NCBI GenBank assembly: GCA_951406725.2
Contig: OX597825.1
Coordinates: 4,216,001 to 4,280,000, forward strand
DNA length: 64,000 bases
DNA from: Octopus vulgaris
Taxonomy: Eukaryota
Direction: 5' to 3'
Within the stretch, counting starts at the first letter, position 1. Every line of letters begins with the position of its first letter. A model generated the notes under the pieces. It searched no databases, was not told the origin of the DNA, and saw only the letters and a program-made list of their open reading frames with translations. Positions 12,901 through 26,808 of the stretch are shown in pieces. The position numbers and the translations under genes are program-made.

Positions 12901-13773
12901 GAACTTGCTGAAGACCAATTCCATCACATACCTAAATTCGACATAATTCAGAGTGTAAATGGAAATGACCTCCTCCATTAAATTTGATGCTTAATTAGGC
13001 TAATGTCGACTGGTCTCCCTATCGTGATTACAGGATGTTAAAATTTAAAAAACAAAGAAGTCCCGAACAATTACATCATCCTGCATATCCATAATTTATC
13101 CACGATATTGTCAAATGCAGCAGGTTCTTACCAAGTGAGTTACAAAACCAAGCGGTGAACTCACAGTACAAGATAAACGGGGACATAGTGAGATGCCCTA
13201 CAAAACTGTTAAAGAAAACTGCAACTATTCAATCGTTTTGTACTCGAAATCAAAGTACGTAAAAGGCACGACATATTGGGGGAGATGTAATCGATTCTAA
13301 CGACACCAGCATTACAAAGGCAAGAGATAGGGATCTGAGTGAAAAAAGGTGAGCAAATTCATACCACCTGATACTTCATAAAGAACCCAATGAAACATAT
13401 TATAATACGCGAAGTAAGCAATTATTTCAGTTATTGTTTATTCCAATGTGAAGGGGTTTATTGTGAAAAGGGGCTTGTGGCTTCCTGAAAATATTCATTA
13501 ATCTGCAAAGAAAGCTATTCACAAACTCGTGTTCGTTTATTAGTTAACTTGCACAATAATATAATCTGCAAATACATTTTATTTCTTAATATAATTTCTG
13601 TAATTTCTTTATTTCTTTATATTACGTGCACTCCACCCCAATTTGTTTGTCGCTTTATATTTTGAAATATATGTATTGGTTTACTCATAACGACTCTTAT
13701 CCATCACCGACATACATCCACACACGTATAGCACTATATATGAATATACACACGCGCACATATATATACATAT

Positions 13774-13821
<48 letters not shown>

Positions 13822-13862
13822 GAATACACACACACATATATATATATATATATACATTCATG

Positions 13863-13893
<31 letters not shown>

Positions 13894-14317
13894 CTGTGAG
13901 TGTGTGTATATGTGGTGGGGTGTGAACACACTCATTTCTCTTCCGTTCTTTCCAATATTATTATCATAATATTCTATTTTGATTATATGTATTTTATCAT
14001 ATTTTTCTTTCTTTTTCTGCTTCCTAAAATACTTCATCTTTCCCATCACATTCTTCATAAATTTTATTCATTTTCCTTCTCTGAATAGATTCGAATATCT
14101 GTTTTTCTTTTTATATTTCACTATTCCTGCTTCTTATTGAGTCTGTCTCTATCTCGTATTCATAGAATCACAGCTTCTCTTTGTAACGTCACAGCGTTTC
14201 TCATCGCAATATACTTCACATGCACAGATCACTCTTATCAATTTTCCTGTCTCTCTCTTATTTCCCTCTACGTTGTTTCCATCATTCTCTCCCTCTTTCT
14301 CTCTCATTCATTCTCTT

Positions 14318-14357
<40 letters not shown>

Positions 14358-14728
14358 CGATACAATCGTACCTCTTTCTGCCACCCCCTATGAGAGTTGC
14401 TATATGTGCTAAATTAGAAATATCAAATTTGACAGGAGGCGCGGAAACATTCATTTTGTCTTTCATGCATGCTGTCCAAACGACGACAATAACGATACAC
14501 GGCTTGAAATACAGCTTTAACAACACTTGAAGCTATTTTCATTTCCTTCTAAACTTAAAACGATTCTTTACAGTTACGCCATTTAAAATTGAAATATCTT
14601 CTTTTGTTTTCATTTTTGTTACGTGTTTACCGTGTGTTTTACAAGGAAACCACCAATAGAAGCAATATATTAAAACTGATCAGCTCTTCATAAATCTCTT
14701 TCAGTTCTTTTCCGCTAAATTATAGCGC

Positions 14729-14750
14729 CTTATTATTATTATTATCAGTA

Positions 14751-14820
<70 letters not shown>

Positions 14821-14914
14821 CATTATTATTATTATTGTTATTATTGTTATTGTTGTTGTTATTATCATCATCATCATCATCATTATTATTATTATTATTA
14901 TTATTAGTAGTAGT

Positions 14915-14946
<32 letters not shown>

Positions 14947-14949
14947 CAT
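14729..14949. repeat. Compound trinucleotide microsatellite (ATT/ATC/GTT/AGT)n
   Basis: Read directly from the sequence. Confidence 0.95.
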
Positions 14950-15999
14950 CGTTACTTTTGCTTCGTTTTGTCGCGTCCTCGCTTTCTTTTCTCTGCATAT
15001 TATACAGTAAAATTTAATTATAGAAAGCAATAGTTACTTTGTTTATTAAGTTTTTTTTTAAACAATGCCAACGGAAAACGAACAAAAATACTGCAGTATA
15101 ATTAAAAATAACTAGTTTATATATTTCGTTTTATGTTTATGTTTTCTTACTCTTTTAATATTCAAGTTACTCAAATTAAAGCAAGCGAAATGAAAACGGC
15201 AAAACGACTGGGTAACAATGCGCATAAAGGAAACGAAATTACACACAACATTGCAGTATTTTTCTACATTATATTTTTCACTGTTTTCTCGTTCTCGGCT
15301 TGTTTATATGGATACTGATTAGTTTGTCAGATGTAAACGCTATATATCAAAATGAAATGTAAACTAGAAATTGCCAAAAAGCCAAAGCTGTCGTAATTAA
15401 AATAATACAAATTTGCTAATATTGAAAGACGAGAGGAAACTGCCTATTTATTTATATAAGCCATAATTTACAGTATCTATTCTACATGCTAAAATCTACA
15501 AATAACTTATCGATAAATTACATAAAAATAACCCTCCGTAATATCATAAAACGGCACATCGATTATATCCTTTCATTAATCAATTAAATAGAAGTTCATA
15601 TAAAATTAACTTTAGTTTATCAGTTTACAACTAAATTAAATTTCTAAATATTTCGTAAGCGAAATGTCATATCTCAGTGTATTATTATATTTATTTCATC
15701 GGTCGAGATTGCCATCAACAAATCATAGATAAACCTATCCTTAATTTCATTTCGGGATGTTTTAATTCTGGTGATACATTCTAATTGTGGTATAGCCGTG
15801 TGTCTAATAAATTCGCATCTCTGTCAATTTGATCAGTGTTAGTCCCTAATGCACCACACATTGAAAAGGGATATTTTGTCATAACTTTTGCTTGACCAAA
15901 TATTTGTAAGTGGGTTCTGATGTGCAGACCTTGTGCCGAAGACTGCTCTGTATATATGTATGTGTTGGTGTCTATAGCTGTACTTGTGTGAGTTTATAT

Positions 16000-16596
16000 T
16001 TATTTATTGTCCACACGAGGCTAAACATGGAGGGGACAAACAAGGACATACAAAGGAATTAAATCGATTATATAGACTCCAGTGCGTAACTGGTACTTAT
16101 TTAATCGACCCCGAAAGAATGGAATGCAAAGTCAACACCGGCGGAATTTGAACTCAGAACGTAGCGGCAGACGAAATACCTATTTCTTTACTACCCACAA
16201 GGGGCTAAATACAGAGGGGACAAACAAGGACAGGCAAATGGATTAAGTCAATTATATCGCCCCCCAGTGCGTAACTGGTACTTACTTTATCAACTCTGAA
16301 AGGATGAAAGGCAAAGTCAACATCGGCGGAATTTCAACTCAGAACGTAGCGGCAGACGAAATACCTATTTCTTTACTACCCACAAGGGCTACGCACAGAG
16401 GGGACAAACAAGGACAGGCAAATGGATTAAGTCGATTATATCGACCCCAGTGCGTAAGTGGTACTGATTTAATCGACCCCGAAAGGATGAAAGGCAAAGT
16501 CGACCTCGGCGGAATTTGAACTCAGAACGTAACGGCAAACGAAATACGGCTACGCATTTCGTCCAGCGTGCTAACGTTTCTGCCAGCTCGCCGCCC
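16000..16596 (-). mobile_element. Meta-domain-type tRNA SINE with three tandem body units of about 185 bp
   Basis: Head ggcggcgagctggcagaaacgttagc ends at 16596. Units start at about 16000, 16180 and 16365, each with a B box and a gtcgactttgcctttcatcctttcggggtcgat..aagtacc-like block (Meta/Sauria-like domain). Confidence 0.85.
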
Positions 16597-17924
16597 TGTA
16601 TATAATTTATATAAACAGGCTAGGAACATGATCCTATATATCGAGCACAGTGTTTTTTTAGGTAGTCTCTGCACCAAGAATAACCTCTTTTCGTATCTAA
16701 CCTACCGATAACACCAATAGCAGATTAACTACTGCGTTGATGTGATATACTAACACCACTGATATCCCCTGCATATGACAGATGCGTTAGTGGAGCCTCA
16801 GCCCTAGGGGGAACAACCGAATAACGTATCATATATGACTCAAGAATTAATCAGAATTCAGATTTTAGTTGACTGAAGAAAGTAACAGGTGAACGAAGCT
16901 AGAATATTTACGCACCATTGCTTCAACTCGCATAAACGGTAAAAGGCAGGAAACTTCCCTTGTTCCTATTGTTGTTCTTACATTCCAGCTCCACGTCTGT
17001 CCTGATCGAGTAGATTTTTATGATCAAAGTTGTTCAATCAATACAAACCCTATCGTTTTCTATAAGCACAATTATATTATTCAATACGCCTTCCTTTTTT
17101 GCGGTAACACATTGTGTTCTGAGGGAAATTTTAACATTATTAATTGTCGAAGTATCCCGTTTGTCCGAGAATTTGTTTACGATTTATTGATTTTTGGCAA
17201 TGGAATTAGCAGAATTCATTATATGTGTCTTCATCTTCTACGTTATGCCTTGAGCTTTTCAACGTTTAGACTGTTATCCGGTTTATGTCGAGAAATATAT
17301 TATCCTTCATTAAATCAATTAACATTTGAAATCATATATCCCACTTACACCAAAGGAAACACGGCATCGTATACGCGTTTTACTACAAATATCGAACACA
17401 CAAGAAAAGCGAGTGTATATATATAAATATATCTTAGTATACGTTCATTAGGTGGGAGATTTTATTCTGTGGCTAAAGGGTTTTTCTCCAAATAAATGGC
17501 TTCGTAACAACTGCGTTGCAGAATGTCATCTGCCAGGAATGGGACTTGACCAATAATTAGTGAATGGAATTTAATAACTGAAAAACATTGGGGAAGCACT
17601 TCGAAGGAAATTTCCCTGACTTTTGGTGGTAGTTATAAAATGTCTCCCTATTCAAATCCGTTATTGCTTCTCGAGTAACTTTAGAAAAGGCTATTTTGTT
17701 CTATATGTTTTTGTCAAGCCATTTCTCTATATATAACATTATACATCAAATCCCTGACCGCATTTACCTTCTAAAAAGTGTTATGGGAACTGCTCTTGCA
17801 ACTATCACACTGCGAGGTGGACTTTGTACTTTTCTCCCTGCATTTCTTCCCACCAACTTAGCTTGTATTGTTGCCAGTAAAATAGGGAAGGAGAGGGAAA
17901 TCTTCAGCAGTGAATAGACCTGCA

Positions 17925-18258
17925 TCATAGCCATGTGGAGTGGAATTCTTTGGAGTTTGAGTGATTTACCTCTGGAAACGTGGGGGTGTTTCGTTCAACA
18001 TCCTTAAACAACCCTTATTCGGGGACCTTTTGAGCTGGATAGGCTACTCGACCTGAAAAATTCTAACTGGGCCTCATCTGTAAGATCATGCGCTGTTTAT
18101 CTTGCTATGAGATCACAATGTGGCGCACATATGGTTGTGATGCATGTACCTAGTGTGCCCTTATCAGACGGGTAATCATGATGGGTATACTGGACTTTGT
18201 ATATTCTACTCCAGCGCGAATTTGATAGCATGCGCTTCTCTCTCACTCAATAATAATA
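17925..18258 (+). mobile_element. Retroposon (LINE/SINE) 3' end with (TAA)n tail
   Basis: GC-richer block ending ctctctcactcAATAATAATAG. It resembles a common octopus repeat as I recall it; family not assigned. Confidence 0.45.
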
Positions 18259-18871
18259 GTATTGTTAGCGGTATGTGTTAATGCAAAACTGTTAAGATAT
18301 AATTATTTGTCACAGAAATTGTCTTCTCGAAGTTTTTACTAATAACATACTTTTCGGAATAATTTACGTGACCTGGTTTTCGAATGCGAATTTGGTTAAT
18401 ATGTTATCTGGTAATTCATCTTGTATCAGAACTCTCGTACATACACCATTTCTTAAGTGTATTTGTCTACATTTTAGTTCACATTAGTAATAGTGATATT
18501 TTGTATCATATTTGTGTAAGATGGAAGACGCTTGAGTAAAGCCTGCTTTAATATTGTCATTCAAACACATGATTACTTCAACTGTCATCTGTATATTTTA
18601 TTGACACAGACATATCTTTATTAAAAATGACATAAGTCTGAATATTTTTAGCTTAGGTCTACGATGAATAAAATATAATTCTGCTTTCAAAACTACAAAA
18701 TCTATAATCTGTTATGGATTGTCAGTTTGTTTACTTACATGGAGTCACGAAAAACACTTAACTTCCTCAACAACACTTATACTTAGACACATTTACTCAT
18801 GATATCGTCTCATTTTCAGAAAAAAAGCATAAATACATTAATAAGTATAAAGAAAGCAACATACGACTGCT

Positions 18872-19193
18872 CATTATTTACATTATTTACATTTGACGGA
18901 TATTTGACCTCATTCTTTTTGTTGTTAACAAAACGTTTCGTCTGATATACTCTCCAGCCTTCATTAGGAGTCTTGGGTGAATTTCGAACCTGGATTCTCA
19001 TTCCTAAGGTATTTTTCCGATGTTATTATTATTAGAGAATGAAAACCCAGGTTCGAAATTTCTTCACGACACCCGATGAAGGCTGCAGAAATCATCAGCC
19101 GAAACTTTGTGTTAACAACAAACAAAATGAGGGGAAATATCCGTCAAGTGTAAATAATGTACATAATTACTAATCTCTCAAATATAGAACTGT
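18872..19193. mobile_element. Inverted pair of Penelope-like pLTR fragments, each with a minimal hammerhead
   Basis: Arms about 18879-19003 and 19037-19161 are reverse complements. Plus copy 19068-19113: GACAC-CCGAUGA-A-GGCUG..CAGCC-GAA-ACUU-U-GUGUU. Minus copy 18927-18972: GACUC-CUAAUGA-A-GGCUG..CAGAC-GAA-ACGU-U-UUGUU. Confidence 0.75.
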
Positions 19194-19274
19194 ATACGAA
19201 TGCACCACAGTTTCTTCTAAATAAATTTCAGGGGGAGATGTCCAGAAGTAGACATCATACACGCATAAAATCCT

Positions 19275-19987
19275 GCTTTCAAATTTTGGCACAACACTAG
19301 CAGTTTCGGTTGTAGTGTGTGACTTGATACATCGATCCCAGTGCGCAAGTAGAACTTATTATATCAACCTCAAAAGGACGGGACCTAATGTCAACCACGA
19401 AATCTGAGAACTTAAAATAGACCTTGGCGGGATTTGAACTCAGAACAATGAGACGGACGAAATGCCGCTAAGCATTTTGTCTGGCGCACAATCGATTCTA
19501 ACATCTCACCGCCTTACATATATTGCATACTGGTTTCAAATTTTGACACAAAACAGTAAGTTCGGGAGAGTGAGTGCCGGTTGAGCAGTAAGATCGACCC
19601 TATAGCTCAACAGATGCTTAATTTATCGACCCCAGAATTTAAGACACAAATGTCGACACTGCAAGATTTGAACTAAAAACGTAAAGACAGCTGGAATGTC
19701 ACTCAGCATTTTCTCGGTGTGTTTAAACGTTCTGCTAGCTTACCACTTCAATATATTATATAAAATATTACATATTGATATCAAATTTTAGTACAAAGCC
19801 AGCGATTTAGTATCAGTGGGCATGTTGAGTGCATCGCCAATACTGCTGAACTAGTATTTTCTTTATCGATCTCGAAACGCCGCAAGAATAATCTGTCCTC
19901 GGCAGAATTTGTAGAACATAAAGACGGAAGAAATGTCGCAAACCATTTTGTGCAGCAGTGTAACGGTGCTGCCAGCTTGCCAACTTA
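19275..19987 (-). mobile_element. Three diverged head-to-tail Meta-type SINE copies
   Basis: Units at about 19275-19515, 19530-19750 and 19780-19987 each run from tcaaatttt...acaa to ..c.gc.ttac/ttgcc with gatttgaact-like B-box complements. An opposite-orientation fragment follows at about 20080-20180. Confidence 0.7.
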
Positions 19988-20512
19988 CATATTTCCTTTA
20001 ATACTAAAATATTATAAACGCAGGTTACTACAAAATGTTGGCTTTGAAAAGTAAGCAAAAAGATTGATGTCAGAAGAGAAAATACCCTGTAGCGTTTCTT
20101 TCGGTTCTTAGAACTCTAAGCTGAAATTCAGCCAAGGTCAATATAACCTTCATTCTCTCAGGATCGATAACATAAGGTTACTCTGAAGTAATCAAGACAA
20201 ATTTAACCCTTTTTCTCACAATCATGGTATAACTGTATCGAAACTAGACATGCATCTTGTAAGAGGCTTAAACATGATATTCACTAGTACTAATACACCC
20301 TTATAAAAAAGCGTTATATATATTACCTTATAAAAGGTAATATATATATAACTCTTTCTTAATATTAGAGTTTTAGGTTTCAGGACAATTTCCTTCATGT
20401 CGATGATACGTCTATATCACAGCAATATCATATTTTAAAAGATACGTTATTATTTATTCGAAAGTGAATAATATGTGTGCGTGCGCATATACATACACAC
20501 ACAGATATATAA

Positions 20513-20591
<79 letters not shown>

Positions 20592-20613
20592 CGTATGTAT
20601 ATATACATACATA

Positions 20614-20776
20614 CACATGATGTAATTATTTTGCTCATCAATAAAGAACACATCTGAAACAGCTGTAGTGGACCTCAACTACATACATACCCTACCACAG
20701 ATGGGCAGAGATTCTCCGCAACTGCTTCAGACGTGTTCTTTACTGATGAGCAAAACCATAATTACATCATGTGAAA
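20614..20776. repeat. Inverted repeat with arms of about 55 bp carrying a CUGAUGA...GAAA motif
   Basis: 20614-20665 is the near reverse complement of 20719-20773. Right arm: CTGATGA(20743)-GCA...TGT-GAAA. Confidence 0.7.
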
Positions 20777-22544
20777 AACCCCTTTTCTTCAGATGAATTA
20801 AGTATCAATTTAACATTTAGGTCTTTTCACACGAATAGTAGATACAGCATAGTTCCTCACCCCCACACAAACAAATACACACCCAGTCTCGGTTACAGTT
20901 AAGCCTTTTATATAAATTCACGCATACACACGTACAACTATAGATAAACACACACTACACATGCACTCACATATGTAATATGTGAGTCCAACAAGCTAAA
21001 CATTCGGTTCCCAAATATGGTGTCGTGCCTTTAAATCCAAAGCAAGTGCAAACCTGTGCTGTGTCGTTGAGCAACGCACTTCAATACTAGTCGTTGTATC
21101 AGTCTACTTAACTAGTCGTGAATATGAGTGGATTGCTTCTGTAGCTTTCCCTCCCTTCTGGTGTCATATTATAAATATGTTGATGTCTAAAAGTGCGGGA
21201 GTCTCAAATGATTACCTGTGATTACCTGCAATTTAAATGCAACTAGAACAATACGTGAAAACATGGAACATGTTATCAAGCCATAACGTATATATATGTA
21301 AATACATATATATACATACACACATAAACATTTATATATATTCATACATATAATTATATACATGTGTATGTGTGTGCATAATTGACCTTTCCAATAAGTT
21401 TCTCTGTTGCCGGATAATATTTGCTTTAACACCGTAGTGCAGGAAATGTCAATGCGTTCAGTTTGTCTAATTTGTATATCTTTGTGTCTAATAATCATAC
21501 TAAAACACTCTTATTAATACTAAGGTATTGGAAATAGTGATTTATAAATAATGTGTTGTTTTAAAGATGCCCAAAGAACAAAAAGTAAACTCTGAATTTC
21601 TAAGTCGTAAAGACAATAGAATTAGAAGGAAATCTATTTTGAGTTAATTCGTTTAAATTAGATTCATTTATATAATTTAACTTGGGTTTCTAGACAATGA
21701 TCACGATTTATAAATGTCATTAAAGACACCCTGACAATATTCAATACGGGAGAAGACAAGTAAGCCATTATTAATTTACAACATTCAAAAAATAACAAAA
21801 TAACAAATAGCAAGCACCATTTTATCGTCGAGACGACTTCGAGATAGGTTACACAATATATTTTAGATATCAAATAGAGAGTAACGAATGCTGGTTTTAC
21901 GGACATCAGATTCGGTAATTTTTAGTGTAGATAAAGGTAATAAACAATTACACGGCTGTAGAGTGATGATAGCTCTTTGAACCGAATGTATATCGCAGTA
22001 TTCACTTCTGTTTTAGTTTCTGAGAGTGCTTTATATAATATACATAGTGTCAAAATATTTCGGCGTAAATCTACGACCTTGTCACTGATACACATTCGGT
22101 TTATCTATGGTATGTCAAATGTTGGCCAGTTCTTTTGGCCATAAGAGAGATTTATACTCTTTTTTCTTTCTTCTTTGTTTCCTTCAGAGAATTTGCATTA
22201 TTATTCTAGACATATTTTTCACTGGGAAGCAAATTTCGCTAAACGTTTGGAATCTGTGGTACCATAAAGACATGCAGGGGATGAACATTTTAATAGTCTT
22301 TTCCCAGTTGCCATACGGCGACTGTATGAAGGCTCACCGTTAGTAGATTACAGAGAGGTAGCGCTAAGCAATGATATGTGGAATTGGAATATTATTATCA
22401 CGATGAATATTATTCAGTCAATTTCAATTCGGTGAACACGTTACTCACTGTGCACCCCGTCTGTAATTATAGATTAAGGATAGATGTTATAATGTATGTA
22501 ACATACCAGATTTTTTGTCAGTACTGACGTATAACCACCAATAC

Positions 22545-22894
22545 TTACTACCTACGCCTTCGCTAGGGCGGAGGTATTGTTTATAATCGTGTCTGTTTGC
22601 CCGTGGATGAGATATCTCAAGAATCGCTTGATGGATTCAGATGTTTGACTTCGTGATTGGCACGAAGTGATTAGATTTTGGAATTGATCCGATACCGGAC
22701 AAGGATTCTGGATTACTTTTCCTGTCTTTTTACTTAATTTTTGAGAGCGGTCGGCTTCATTTTCGATATTCTTGTTTGTAAGAGCGGTCGAGTATATTTC
22801 TGATATTTTCATTTCAACACTCATCTCTGGCTAATCGTTGAGAGGACGTTGGTGTTGCCTTGGCGGAGGTTTGCGCTTTCTGAGTGCTCTTGTT
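22545..22894 (+). mobile_element. Non-autonomous Helentron-type element (HINE/DINE-1-like)
   Basis: 5' subterminal IR accT(A)CGCC with an internal GGCGGAGGT, gtctgtttg repeat remnant, 3' subterminal GGCGGAGGT, then hairpin GCGCT-ttctg-AGTGC and a TT flank. Confidence 0.7.
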
Positions 22895-23860
22895 ATTTAT
22901 TAAAATTAATATGAAACGAAAATCACAATGGAATGATTTGAAAGATGCACTTATGTAATTCTCATTTTGAATAACCGTTTAAAATACAGTTATTACTCAC
23001 ACATGCGATATGAGTTCAAATATAAAAACAAAACGTTCCAATGTTAACTACACAGTATATAACTTTACAGAAGAAATGGAATGTTCTGTCTTTGGTTTGG
23101 TGTTCCGATGCGATGTGTTCACTTCTTTACCACAATTATGAGCATTTCCTTAAACGACAAATTAAAGTGCTACTAGTATTACCAGCTTAATATTTTTATA
23201 AACATGTCTATAATTAATGCAAATTTCATATCGAGGAATGTGAGACAGTGTGACGTGCTTCGGTCTTTGAGTTTCAGATAAAAGCCAAAGTGGGAAAGAA
23301 AGATAATTCGACACCAGTGCTGCCGAAGAATCTTATATACCAACTACGAATTTATTAGTCTCAAATTATGGTACAAGGCTAGCAATTAGTATGGAGGTAG
23401 TAGATTACAGATCTTGGCTGGTTCTTTATTTTATTGTAGCCTGCCCCAAATAATGCATGGCCAAGTTAACTTCGGCGTGATTTGAACTCAGATTGTAAAG
23501 ACAGCAGGAAATGAAGTTTTACTTTGCCGCCAAATTATAGCAAAGTTATCCACACCCAGAACACGAGAAGGGCGAGGGCACTCTATAATTTCTTCTACAG
23601 ATCCTGTGAATCCACTGTTTTGCAATTTAATGGTGCACATTCTAACTAAATAAATTATATATTTAAGCGCAAGTAGTTTATTGATTTCAAACAAATTTAT
23701 ACAATTTTCATGCAATGTCAGAAAAATTATTCAATGTTTTATTTGAATTTATATCTATATGTGTGTATATGTGTATGTCTGTGTAAACAAACAAACATAC
23801 GTACATACATGCGCATATATATGTATGTATATATAAATATATTTATGTATATTCTATATA

Positions 23861-24075
23861 TTATTATCATTCTTCTTCTTCTTCTTCTTCTTCTTCTTCG
23901 TATTATTATTATCATCATCATCATCATCATCATCATCATTATGATTATTATTGTTATTATTGTTATTACTATTATTATTAATTATTATTATTATCATTAT
24001 TATTATTATTACTATTATCATCATCATTATTGTTATTATTATTGTTATTATTGGTATTATTATTATTATTAATCC

Positions 24076-24107
<32 letters not shown>

Positions 24108-24140
24108 GTTATTATTATCATTATTATCATTATTATTACG

Positions 24141-24218
<78 letters not shown>

Positions 24219-24252
24219 CATTATTATTATCATTAATCATTATTATTATTAT
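23861..24252. repeat. Long compound (CTT)/(ATC)/(ATT)n microsatellite
   Basis: Read directly from the sequence. Confidence 0.95.
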
Positions 24253-24747
24253 AAATTGTGTTTGGAAAGATGGAAAGAACTGACGCTTATTCGTGGCTCG
24301 TAATTCAAATTTGACATTTTATTTCTCCGTTGTTTGTTTAATAAATAAGCCAGTTCGGTTTCGTTACAATGAGCTAGTTTTGCGTAATTTAAAATTTTAA
24401 ATATAATGTTTCAAAAACAAAAAAACAACAATAAAGCTTCCAAAATGGAGGGACGTAATGGGTGCTGGGTCAGCCATTATTGTATTATCATCCCACTAGT
24501 AACTGACACTGTCGGGAGGCATATAATAGCAACAACAAGTGTCACAAGAGCTGCAGCAAAAAGGAGGAGCAAGAAAAGTTATAAATTATGTAAGCACGAT
24601 CTTCATCAGCGTCACAACACCAACGCCACCTCCACCACGAAAACAAACACCACAACCCTACCCCTACTACCACTCTACTACGACTAACAACAAAAACGGA
24701 AACATAATAAAGATGGAATAGCCGCCGTTCTTAAACAAAATGGAAAA

Positions 24748-24858
24748 GGCGGCGAGCTGGCCGAAACGTTAGCACGCCGGGCGAAATGCTAAGCGGTATT
24801 TCGTCTGCCGCTAGGTTCTGAGTTCAAATTCAGCCGAGGTCAACTTTGCCTTTCATCA
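24748..24858 (+). mobile_element. Meta-type SINE 5' fragment
   Basis: ggcggcgagctggccgaaacgttagcacgccggg...GAGTTCAAATTC...gaggtcaactttgcctttcatc. Confidence 0.85.
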
Positions 24859-24884
24859 TGTATCTCCCAATAAATTGGCTGAGA

Positions 24885-24965
24885 ACAGACAGACAGACAT
24901 ACAGACAGACAGGTAGATAGATAGACAGACAGACATACAGATAGATAGATAGATAGATAGATAGT

Positions 24966-25036
<71 letters not shown>

Positions 25037-25058
25037 GTAGATAGATAGATAGATAGAT
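24885..25058. repeat. (GACA)n/(GATA)n tetranucleotide microsatellite
   Basis: Read directly; similar arrays at 31010-31146 and 38941-39100. Confidence 0.95.
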
Positions 25059-25064
25059 TGCAGG

Positions 25065-25185
25065 CTCACATGGTTTTGCTCAGACCCTCGTTAAGGTAGA
25101 AAACATCTGCCGAAGGTGTCTCGTAGTAGGACAGAACCCGGAATCATGTGGTTGGGAGGCAACCGTCTTACCACACAGCCACCCC
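25065..25185 (-). mobile_element. Diverged SINE head (2956-3359 family)
   Basis: gaacccggaatcatgtggttggg...cttaccacacagcca. Confidence 0.7.
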
Positions 25186-26336
25186 TATCTGTATACTTTT
25201 TGCGTCATGGAGTTGATGTGAAAGTGTCCTTCGAATACGCCACTCTTATTAGTCTAATTAGAATTTGTCTGGGGAGAGAATTATTTTATGTCCTTGTAGA
25301 ATAGAAAAGAAAACAATGAAAATGAATGATTAATCGTTTGTATTAATAGCAGGAACCACAAGAACTGAACACCAACTAGTGGAACACTTACTGAAAGTAA
25401 CAATAACTTATCCTTGGAATTAGAACGTGGATTGTTAAAGACCAAAAAAGAAAAAAACGGTGGGGTAACGTTTTCGGCATTACATAACGTTTGAAAAATA
25501 GGAAACGGTCGGGATACCGGTGAGAAAGATGCCCATTTAGAGCCTAGGCCTACCTCATCAGAACGAAATTTCGACGAAGCAAGAAGACTAACAAAGATAA
25601 CAAGACATTTTGAAATCATCAGCAAAGATGCAACGACAGAATATAATTTAGCTTTCTTGTCCTCTAAGTAAATATTATCGTATCTTATTGGTTATTTTTT
25701 TTTTATATTCTGCATGCGTTGTTCTCTCTGTGCTATAAATTTGTGTGTATGGAATTGTGCACTACATCACGAAAAGTAAACTCGTATATAAATCATTACT
25801 TAAATGCTTTTTCTATGGTTCTTTCTTGCTGGATTCCCGGAATTTATTGTTCGCCATTTCACATGTATCATGCGGAGCATTTCAAAGTCTCCGGTGTCTA
25901 TTGTTCCTGGAGATAAATTCAAAAAGACAATGTGTTTGATAAAAATGAAATAAAAGACTTCAGAGTGAGATATGAGAGATAAATGGATATACTTTCGTTA
26001 GAAGTATATTTAAAAGACAAAATGTTTTTGATACCCGGGAGAGATGGAAGTGAATCGCCTTCTTAAAGAGTACAAGCATGCAGAATTTTAAAAGAAAAAA
26101 TTGTCGCTTCCTTTTGTTTACACAATTATATATGATATGAAAATAATTTGTTTTCATTATATATGTGTAGGTGCGTGTGTGGTGGGGGTGGGGGAATACA
26201 TAGGCTTACATATGTAAGTATGTATATATGTATGTATAAAAGTAGGTTTGTATACATACATACATGCATACACACACACATATATATATATACACATATA
26301 TATGTGTGTGCGGGTGTATATGAGTGTGTATATGTA

Positions 26337-26373
<37 letters not shown>

Positions 26374-26449
26374 GTATATATATGTATATATATATATATA
26401 TATCACATATATACCTACAAACATACACACATATATATATATATATACA

Positions 26450-26491
<42 letters not shown>

Positions 26492-26722
26492 GAGAGAGGG
26501 AGAGCGATAAGATAGATACATAGATGCAACCCTACTTTCATATATACTTCCATATATATGCGTATGCAGATCCCCTCTATACACTCATGTATACATATAT
26601 AAGCCAAACAAATTATTTTGTGTGCGGGCGTGTCTGTAATGTATGCATTATAAGGGAAATGCAGACATAGAGATATATATTCACATCAATATGCCAGCCA
26701 AGCAAGAATATAATTCAAATTA

Positions 26723-26808
<86 letters not shown>

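Noticed and set aside
16000-16596. Regularly spaced repeats as a CRISPR-like array
   Set aside because: Whole 185-bp units repeat with no unique spacers; SINE-derived; eukaryotic context without cas genes.
25535-25566. Minus-strand CUGAUGA-GG..palindrome as a hammerhead (also CUGAAGA at about 6168 and 53625)
   Set aside because: No correctly placed GAAA, helix III or stem I partner.
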